From an uncultured Anaerolineae bacterium (lineage in GTDB: Bacteria > Chloroflexota > Anaerolineae > JACRMK01): a stretch of 22,620 bases of DNA. Shown one piece after another: positions 17,105-22,620 of this stretch. A program made the position numbers and the translations under genes. The stretch covers positions 1 to 22,620 of the forward strand of contig CAZDYP010000076.1 of assembly GCA_964509505.1 (NCBI GenBank), read 5' to 3'. The stretch's first letter is position 1. Each line of letters begins with the position of its first letter. The notes under the pieces were generated by a model. The model was not told the origin of the DNA and did not search any database. It saw only the letters and a list, made by a program, of their open reading frames with translations.

Positions 17105-17250
17105 CTCTCTTGGTCGGTTGGTTGCTTAGTCGGTTGGTCACTTGGTCGGTTAACCTGCGAGTCGCTTGGTCACTTGGTCGGGTGGTCATGTTTGCGATTT
17201 GCAGAGACAGGCGATGAAAGCATTGATAGGACCAACCGACCAAGTGACTC
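17105..17250. repeat. Octamer-based tandem repeat (S-TTGGTC-R; 16-nt superunits CTTGGTCGGTTGGTCA, about four of them) followed ~80 nt later by its inverse complement (GGACCAACCGACCAAGTGAC). Long stem-loop in the binding-protein-to-permease spacer.
   Basis: Read directly. GTCACTTGGTCGGTT (~17137-17151) pairs with AACCGACCAAGTGAC (~17233-17247). Confidence 0.5.
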
Positions 17251-17296
17251 ATTGGCTAACTGATCAACAGATTAATTGACCCAACGACTAATCAGG

Positions 17297-19015
17297 CTAC
17301 TTCTTCGATTCGTCCACCCACCAATTCTGCGAATCCCAGCCGACGTTGCGATAGGGATTGCCGCCAACGTTGCCTTGCAAGCGGTTGCGCGCAGAGCCAA
17401 TGCCCAAGCGCGCATAGACATAGATCATGTTGGCGTCTTCTTTCGTCAGCTGGTGAATCTGGCAGTAATAATCTTTGCGTTTGGTTGGGTCCAGTTCCTT
17501 CGCAGCTTTGTCCAGCAGCTCATCCGCCTTCGGGTTGTTGTAGCGGGTGATGTTGGTGCCGCTCTTGAACTTCTCGGAGGGAATTTGTGACGAGTGCCAC
17601 AACGCAAACATCTGCGCGTGCGGATCAATGCCGGGTCCCGTCGTGTACATCACGATGTCGAAGTTGCCGCGCGCGCGCGGCGCAGCGCTGTCCCACGTGC
17701 CAATCGTCACCGACGACGGCGCGTTCTCGATGAACAGCGCGATGCCGATGTTCTTCATGTCTTCGGACATCAAGACCTGCGAATCTTCGCGCAGTTTGTT
17801 GCCCGAAGTCGTTTGGAATTTCAAATTGAGCTTCTGCCCGTCCTTGACGCGGATGCCGTCGGGGCCGGGCTTCCACCCGGCTTCATCCAGCAATTGTCTG
17901 GCTTTATTGGGGTCGTATGGGGTAGGCTGCATCTTGCAATCATAGAAGCCGGCGACGATCTCGCCGCGTCCCGGTGAGGCTTTGCCGTTGAGCAAACTGT
18001 CAATGATACGTTGCCGATTGAGACCATAGTCAATCGCTTGGCGCACGCGCTTGTCGCTTAGAATTGGATGGGGTTTGGTCGGGTCTGCGCCGTCTTTGTT
18101 CTCAGCCAAGTTTAGGAAGAAACGCTCGGTGCTAAGTCCCTGTGAATAAACGATGCGCACGCCCGCCATCTTCTCTAATTGCGGAATGTCGGCTTCGGTG
18201 TTGTTCCACATGTAGTCCACTTCGCCGCTGCTCAAGAGCTGCATCGTCACTTCGCTGGAGGGCGTGTAGCGCAGCACCAATGAATCGAGATAGGGTTTGC
18301 CCTGCTCGCGATACTTTTCGTTGCGCGACAAGACGATGTGCTGGTCGGGCACCCACTCGTCAATCTTCCACGGGCCTGTGCCGACGAGTTTGCGATTGTA
18401 GGGCCAGTTCTTGCCATCTTCGAGCTTGCCTGCGTTGCGTGGGATGATTGAGCGTTCAAAAAGCGTTACGAAGGGCGCATAGACATTCTTGAACTTCATC
18501 ACGACGGTGTATTTGTCGGGGCATGTGATGTTTTCGATTTCGCGGTAACCCGCCGTCGAGGTCACCCCGGTGTTGGGCGTCATGATGAACTTCCACGTAA
18601 ACACCACGTCTTCGCATTCCAACGGCGAACCATCGGAGAAGACGATGCCTTCCTTCAACTTATACGTGATGGTCTTGCCATCGGCGCTGACGCCGCCATT
18701 TTGCAACGAGGGCACTTCTTTGGCGAGCTGTGGCACGCGCGTGCCATCCGGCAAAACATTGGTCAGACCTTCGACGACGTATTGGTTAACATCGTTCACG
18801 ACGGTTTGCGTGCTGGCGTAGAAGTTGAGTTGCACGGGCGACTGCCAGTACGCGATGACGGCTTTGCCGCCGCGTTTGGGCCCTGCGGGCGCAGGGGTAG
18901 CGGGTTGCACTTGCGCGCCGGGCGGCGCAGTCGTAGCGGGGGGACTCGTCGCGGGTCCGCACGCGGCGAGCCACAACACGGTAATGCCGATGAGAGACAA
19001 CAGCCGAACTTTCAT
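17297..19015 (-). CDS. ABC transporter substrate-binding lipoprotein, family 5 (OppA/DppA-like), copy 1
   Basis: Signal peptide plus lipobox 'MKVRLLSLIGITVLWLAACG'. Family-5 substrate-binding fold throughout. AGGAGG SD 8 nt upstream of the chosen ATG; the ORF-track frame extends to 19078. Confidence 0.9.
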   Translation of the reverse strand: MKVRLLSLIGITVLWLAACGPATSPPATTAPPGAQVQPATPAPAGPKRGGKAVIAYWQSPVQLNFYASTQTVVNDVNQYVVEGLTNVLPDGTRVPQLAKEVPSLQNGGVSADGKTITYKLKEGIVFSDGSPLECEDVVFTWKFIMTPNTGVTSTAGYREIENITCPDKYTVVMKFKNVYAPFVTLFERSIIPRNAGKLEDGKNWPYNRKLVGTGPWKIDEWVPDQHIVLSRNEKYREQGKPYLDSLVLRYTPSSEVTMQLLSSGEVDYMWNNTEADIPQLEKMAGVRIVYSQGLSTERFFLNLAENKDGADPTKPHPILSDKRVRQAIDYGLNRQRIIDSLLNGKASPGRGEIVAGFYDCKMQPTPYDPNKARQLLDEAGWKPGPDGIRVKDGQKLNLKFQTTSGNKLREDSQVLMSEDMKNIGIALFIENAPSSVTIGTWDSAAPRARGNFDIVMYTTGPGIDPHAQMFALWHSSQIPSEKFKSGTNITRYNNPKADELLDKAAKELDPTKRKDYYCQIHQLTKEDANMIYVYARLGIGSARNRLQGNVGGNPYRNVGWDSQNWWVDESKK

Positions 19016-19072
19016 ACTTTCTCCTCCTAAAGTTTGAATGGGAGCAAGCATCGCCCCGATGGACGAAAGACA

Positions 19073-19092
19073 GTTCACTGCGATCAGTGAAC
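19073..19092. promoter_or_regulatory. Perfect 8-4-8 palindrome GTTCACTG-CGAT-CAGTGAAC ~57 nt upstream of the copy-1 binding-protein start codon. Candidate operator for a dimeric regulator, or a 5'-UTR stem-loop.
   Basis: Read directly. Confidence 0.35.
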
Positions 19093-19610
19093 GATGAAAG
19101 CGTTGGAGTCTGTCTTACCACAGCTTCAGTTTTGCTTGGCTGTTTGCGTGCGCGTCTCTTGTGTAAACCCTGCATCGAAGGCTGCGAATGTGGATGCGGT
19201 GGCGGTCAAACGCAAAAGCGCATTCACCTTTCCCAAATCCGTGAGATGCGCCAAGGCTTTTTCGATGCGCCGATAGTCGCGCAACGCCATGTCAAAACGC
19301 GCCGCCAAAATTTCCAGAGTAGCGTCGCGTTCGCCGGCGACGCGGCCTCGTCAGCGATCGAGTCAACCAACTGTTTGAATAACACCAGCTGTAGCTATTC
19401 ATTAGGTTCAGCGCGAATCGCGGCAACGATTTGGGGAACTGTCTCAGCGCGATTTTGAAACTGCATCAAACCCGTCAGCGGCAGCAAGCTCCGCTGCCCC
19501 AACTTCGACGCCAAGCAGCCACGAAGCAAAGTCGGCGGGACCAAGGGCGACCAATTCCTTAGAAAAGTGCGTCGAAGATGGACATAGCTAAACTCGCCCT
19601 TGCGTTTATA

Positions 19611-19648
19611 TGGTCAGGTAGCCCGACGCTTGCCAGGCTACCTGACCA
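19611..19648 (-). terminator. Perfect 13-bp-stem hairpin (TGGTCAGGTAGCC-N12-GGCTACCTGACCA) ~30 nt downstream of the copy-2 binding-protein stop. No U-tract, so probably an RNA-stabilising stem or weak terminator.
   Basis: Read directly. Adjacent tandem CGACCACA x2 overlaps the stop codon. Confidence 0.35.
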
Positions 19649-19677
19649 CATGACTAAACGACCACACGACCACACGA

Positions 19678-21426
19678 CTACTTCACGTCCTTCAACGACC
19701 AATTCGCCGCATCCCAACCGACGTTGGTCCAGCTGTTATTGGCAACGGTGCCCGTGGCGAATTTGTCGCGATAAGACTCAATCGCCAAACGCTGATAGAG
19801 ATAAATCATGTTGGCTTCTTCGCGCGTCATCTCCGTCAGTTGGCAGTACAGCGCCTTGCGTTTTTCTGTGTCGGGTTCGGCGGCGGCTTGCTTCAAAATC
19901 TCGTCGGCTTTCGGATTGTTGAATCGCGTATAGTTCAAGCCGCCCTTGTTACCCTCGTGCGGAATCATCCACGAACCCCACAGATTGACCATTTGGCTAT
20001 GCGGATCAAGCCCTGCGCCCGTCGTGTACATGATGATGTCGAAGTTGCCGCGCCGACGCGGCGAGTTGCCATCCCACGTGCCGATGACCACCGAGGAAGG
20101 CGCATTCTCGATGAACAGCTCGACGCCGATGGCTTTCATGTCTTCCGCCACCAGCACTTGCGAATCTTCGCGCAGCTTGTTGCCCGAAGTGGTGGAATAT
20201 TTCAAGCGCAAGCGTTGCCCATCTTTGGCGCGGATGCCGTCGGCGCCGGGCTTCCAGCCGGCTTCCTCCAGCAATTGCTTGGCTTTGGTTGAATCATAGG
20301 GGTACGGCTGCGTCTTGCAATCGAAATAGCCCGCGTTCAATTCGCCCGTGCCAATCTTGGCTTTGCCGAACAGCAAGCTGTCAACGATGCGCTGTTTATT
20401 GATGCCGTAGGCGATGGCTTGGCGCACACGCTTATCGCTCAGAATCGCATGGGGTTTCTTGGGATCAGCAGGGTCTTTGTTCTCCGCCATGTTGAGGAAC
20501 AAGCGCTCACCGCCGATGTCCAGTGGCGAGGAAATCTTCACGCCTTGCATCTTCTCCAGAATGGGCAAGTCGGCTTCGGTGTTGTTCCACATGATGTCAA
20601 TTTCGCCGCTCGCCAACAGCTGCATCGCCACCTCGGACGATGGCACGATGCGAACCACGATTTGCTCGAGATACGGCTTGTCCTTCTCGCGGTAGTTGGT
20701 GTTGCGCGAGAGTGTGACGTGCGAATCAGTCACCCACTCGTCCACTTTGAAGGGGCCCGTGCCAAGTGGTTTGCGATTATACGCCCAGTCCTTCATGTTC
20801 TTCGGGTCGCCCGTATAGTGTTTTGGCAGCGATTCGTTGAAGAGCGTCAGATAGGGCGCGAAGAAACTCTTGAATTTGACGACGACCTTTGTGGGTGATG
20901 GACATTCGACGGTTTCAATGTCCTCATAGCCTGTGCGCGATAAAACTCCGACACCAGGCGTCATGCGCGCTTGCCAGTAGAACACGAAATCGTCGCAAGT
21001 CAGCGGCTTGCCATCCGACCAAAGCACGCCCTCTTTGAGGTTGTAGGTGATGGTCTTGCCATCGGCGCTCACACCGCCGTTTTGCACCGTCGGCACTTCT
21101 TTGGCGAGTTGCGCGCGCCGTGTGCCATCGGGCAACACTTCGGTCATGCCTTCCATCACGAACTGCAACACTTCAAACGTCACCGTCTGTGACCCGAGCA
21201 AGGGATTGAGGGTGACGGGCGATTGCCACATCGCAAACGTCACCTTGCCGCCCCGCTTCGGTCCCGCAGGCACCGCTGTGGGCGGAGGCACTTGCGCCGC
21301 AGGTGTTTGCCCGACCGACGGCGCGGGCGCCGTGGTGGCGGCGGGTGGCGCCGTGGTGGCGGCTGGACTACAAGCCACGACGATGAGCGCCAACATCATC
21401 AGCCAGATAAACCCATGTCTTTTCAT
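19678..21426 (-). CDS. ABC transporter substrate-binding lipoprotein, family 5, copy 2 (tandem paralogue of copy 1)
   Basis: 'MKRHGFIWLMMLALIVVACSP' lipoprotein signal. Shares long blocks with copy 1 (PAGPKRGGK, VQNGGVSADGKTITY, WNNTEAD…). AAGGAGGAG SD upstream. Confidence 0.9.
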   Translation of the reverse strand: MKRHGFIWLMMLALIVVACSPAATTAPPAATTAPAPSVGQTPAAQVPPPTAVPAGPKRGGKVTFAMWQSPVTLNPLLGSQTVTFEVLQFVMEGMTEVLPDGTRRAQLAKEVPTVQNGGVSADGKTITYNLKEGVLWSDGKPLTCDDFVFYWQARMTPGVGVLSRTGYEDIETVECPSPTKVVVKFKSFFAPYLTLFNESLPKHYTGDPKNMKDWAYNRKPLGTGPFKVDEWVTDSHVTLSRNTNYREKDKPYLEQIVVRIVPSSEVAMQLLASGEIDIMWNNTEADLPILEKMQGVKISSPLDIGGERLFLNMAENKDPADPKKPHAILSDKRVRQAIAYGINKQRIVDSLLFGKAKIGTGELNAGYFDCKTQPYPYDSTKAKQLLEEAGWKPGADGIRAKDGQRLRLKYSTTSGNKLREDSQVLVAEDMKAIGVELFIENAPSSVVIGTWDGNSPRRRGNFDIIMYTTGAGLDPHSQMVNLWGSWMIPHEGNKGGLNYTRFNNPKADEILKQAAAEPDTEKRKALYCQLTEMTREEANMIYLYQRLAIESYRDKFATGTVANNSWTNVGWDAANWSLKDVK

Positions 21427-21483
21427 TTCTCCTCCTTAGTTGAGAAAATGCAGTAGATGGTTTAGCGTTGAAATTTGCGGGCT

Positions 21484-21513
21484 ACTTATAGCATAGCCGC
21501 TATTTTCAGTCAA
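21484..21513 (-). promoter_or_regulatory. Sigma-70-like promoter for the copy-2 binding-protein gene: TTGACT, 17-bp spacer, TATAAG
   Basis: Minus strand reads …GATTGACTGAAAATAGCGGCTATGCTATAAGTAG… about 55 nt upstream of the ATG. Confidence 0.45.
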
Positions 21514-21640
21514 TCGCTTTTTGCGCGCTTGAATTACGTGACACTGAGCTAGGCGAACCTTCGCGGATCCTACGCACTCGCTGCTGACCTTACTGCTATC
21601 ACTACACAGATACCTTGCAGACAGTTCACCCTGCGCATAG

Positions 21641-21676
21641 ACAAAAAGACCCGACAAGTTTCCGCAACCTGTCGGG
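21641..21676 (-). terminator. Rho-independent terminator for the small minus-strand ORF ending at 21689 (stem CCCGACAGG/CTTGTCGGG followed by UCUUUUUGUC)
   Basis: Read directly. A-tract on the plus strand at ~21643-21648. Confidence 0.55.
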
Positions 21677-21688
21677 CTTCTGGTGTCA

Positions 21689-21991
21689 TCACTTGGCGAC
21701 TTTGAACTCCACCGTCTTGGCAAGCGTGCCATTCAGGAAAATCTCGACTTTCCAATCACCTTCAGACCAGCCGTTGGGGCCCGGCTTCAAACTAAGGCTA
21801 AGAAAGCCTGAGCCGCCTTTGTTCATCTCCAAAGGAATTTCTTGACGCCATGCTTGACCAGTCACTTCCTCTGTTGAATGGGGCTTACGGCTGAGGTCGA
21901 AGTGGGGTAAGTGGATGCTATCGTTATCGTTAGGCGGTGTCAACTGAAATAGCGGATGGCGGATAGCGGATGGCAAATCGCTATCCGCCAT
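21689..21991 (-). CDS. Hypothetical small beta-strand-rich protein (C-terminal '…GDWKVEIFLNGTLAKTVEFKVAK'). The N-terminal part of the ORF is encoded by heptamer array A, so the true start is uncertain and the gene may be truncated.
   Basis: The ORF-track frame is followed by an intrinsic terminator. In-frame stops generated by the repeat bound it upstream. Confidence 0.3.
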   Translation of the reverse strand: MADSDLPSAIRHPLFQLTPPNDNDSIHLPHFDLSRKPHSTEEVTGQAWRQEIPLEMNKGGSGFLSLSLKPGPNGWSEGDWKVEIFLNGTLAKTVEFKVAK

Positions 21992-22048
21992 CAGCCATTC
22001 GCTATCTGCTATCAGCCATAAGCTATTCGCTATTCGCCATCTGTCAAC
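21938..22048. repeat. Heptanucleotide array A: TGTCAAC, about four inverted units (GATRGCG), AAT, nine direct units (CGCYATC-like), TGTCAAC
   Basis: Direct units cgctatc cgccatc agccatt cgctatc tgctatc agccata agctatt cgctatt cgccatc. The left side is their reverse complement. The whole array is flanked by a 7-bp direct repeat TGTCAAC. Confidence 0.6.
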
Positions 22049-22069
22049 CGTTTGCTATAATTCGCTCCC

Positions 22070-22507
22070 ATGTCCCGCATTTTTACCTCGTCACAATTCT
22101 TTCACGCGTTGCCCGCACAGCTGCGCCCACGCTTGCCGTCGGATTTACGGCGCTTTCAATGTCGTATCCGCAGTTGGATGCTGCAAGTTTATTATGACGA
22201 TTATTACGTTCATTACGAGGCCTCGGCTTACTCACGGTTGCAAGCGTTTGAGATTGCGCTGCACTTCGAGCGTAAAGGACGCGAACTGAATGATGAATTG
22301 ATGCGCCATTGTTTGCGTTACGCCTTCGAGCTCAAGCACACATACAGCGCGCAGCTGGAATTCGAACGCTGGGACAAAGGCTGGAGCAAAATTTACGAGA
22401 CGATTCCACTAGCATCTTACACGGAAGAGTATCTTGCGCGCGCGGCAGAACGCATGGCGAAGCTCATGGCATGTCTGCAGCCAATTCTGGATGAAATCAG
22501 TAGTTAG
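22070..22507 (+). CDS. Hypothetical protein (Tyr/Glu-rich, no recognisable family) bracketed by the two heptamer arrays. Looks lower in G+C than neighbouring genes by eye.
   Basis: 145-aa ORF '…MLQVYYDDYYVHYEASAYSRLQAFEIALHFERKGRELNDELMRHCLRYAFELK…'. No convincing SD at the first ATG; an internal Met (MLQVYY) is an alternative start. Confidence 0.4.
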   Translation: MSRIFTSSQFFHALPAQLRPRLPSDLRRFQCRIRSWMLQVYYDDYYVHYEASAYSRLQAFEIALHFERKGRELNDELMRHCLRYAFELKHTYSAQLEFERWDKGWSKIYETIPLASYTEEYLARAAERMAKLMACLQPILDEISS

Positions 22508-22620
22508 TAGCCAGTAGCCAGTAGTCAGGCACCTCCATCTGGTTACTGGCTACTGACTACTGGCTACTGGCTACTGACTACTGGCTACTGGCTACTGACT
22601 ACTGGCTACTGGCTACTGGC
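22498..22620. repeat. Heptanucleotide array B: about three inverted units (GCCAGTA), a 15-nt centre (GCACCTCCATCTGGT), then at least 11 direct units TACTGGC/TACTGAC with a 21-nt superperiod. Runs to the window edge.
   Basis: Read directly. Unit order is GGC, GAC, GGC repeated three times, then GGC GGC. Starts at the stop codon of the preceding ORF. Confidence 0.6.

Noticed and set aside
19087-19458. 123-aa plus-strand Cys-rich ORF in the spacer between the binding-protein genes
   Set aside because: No SD. Its composition reflects the GC-rich opposite strand of the protein-like minus-strand remnants. No recognisable motifs beyond scattered Cys.
19840-20299. Plus-strand ORFs (150 and 117 aa) inside the copy-2 binding-protein gene, and the analogous ones inside copy 1 (17547-17977)
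   Set aside because: They are antisense to confidently assigned, paralogous binding-protein genes. Their mutual similarity is explained by the paralogy of the sense genes.
21938-22620. The possibility that the heptamer arrays are CRISPR arrays
   Set aside because: The units are contiguous 7-bp tandem repeats with no unique spacers and no leader or cas context, so they are satellite-type repeats rather than CRISPR.
1-22620. tRNA, rRNA or tmRNA genes
   Set aside because: No cloverleaf-compatible sequences with T-loop/GTTCRA-type motifs, and no rRNA-like conserved blocks, were seen in the intergenic regions.

Overview
The window is GC-rich bacterial chromosomal DNA. The gene content (Hanks-type kinase fused to an AAA_16 ATPase and TPR repeats, lipoprotein family-5 substrate-binding proteins, flotillin) suggests Chloroflexi or an actinobacterium-like organism, which is an inference. 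One very long plus-strand gene is followed by an almost uninterrupted run of minus-strand genes.

Coding content I can support:
- A 5'-truncated multidomain protein: STAS domain, Hanks-type kinase-like domain with degenerate catalytic motifs, AAA_16/STAND P-loop ATPase, TPR array.
- A tam-like methyltransferase.
- A vapBC toxin-antitoxin cassette.
- A DedA-family membrane protein with a small membrane-anchored partner.
- A class I SAM methyltransferase that appears to have overwritten the 3' half of a PIN-like toxin gene. That toxin is paired with a DUF433 gene and also carries an in-frame TGA.
- M20 and M28 peptidases.
- An SPFH/flotillin protein preceded by a zinc-ribbon membrane protein gene that is frameshifted.
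- A MntA/HepT (MNT/HEPN) toxin-antitoxin pair.
- A peptide ABC-transporter block: two tandem paralogous substrate-binding lipoproteins plus OppB-like and OppC-like permeases. No ATPase genes lie in the window, and a doubly frameshifted DUF86/HEPN pseudogene sits between the two permease genes.
- Two weakly supported hypothetical ORFs near the 3' end.

The intergenic DNA is unusually rich in structured repeats:
- A duplicated terminator-like hairpin flanking vapBC.
- A ~125-bp nested palindrome between the peptidase genes.
- An octamer tandem array and inverted repeat between a binding-protein gene and oppB.
- A perfect 8-4-8 palindrome upstream of that binding-protein gene.
- At the 3' end, two heptanucleotide tandem arrays, each with a few inverted units followed by nine or more direct units. 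They bracket an ORF that looks lower in G+C than its surroundings.

I saw no tRNA, rRNA or CRISPR array. Coordinates I derived by hand may be off by 1-2 nt.
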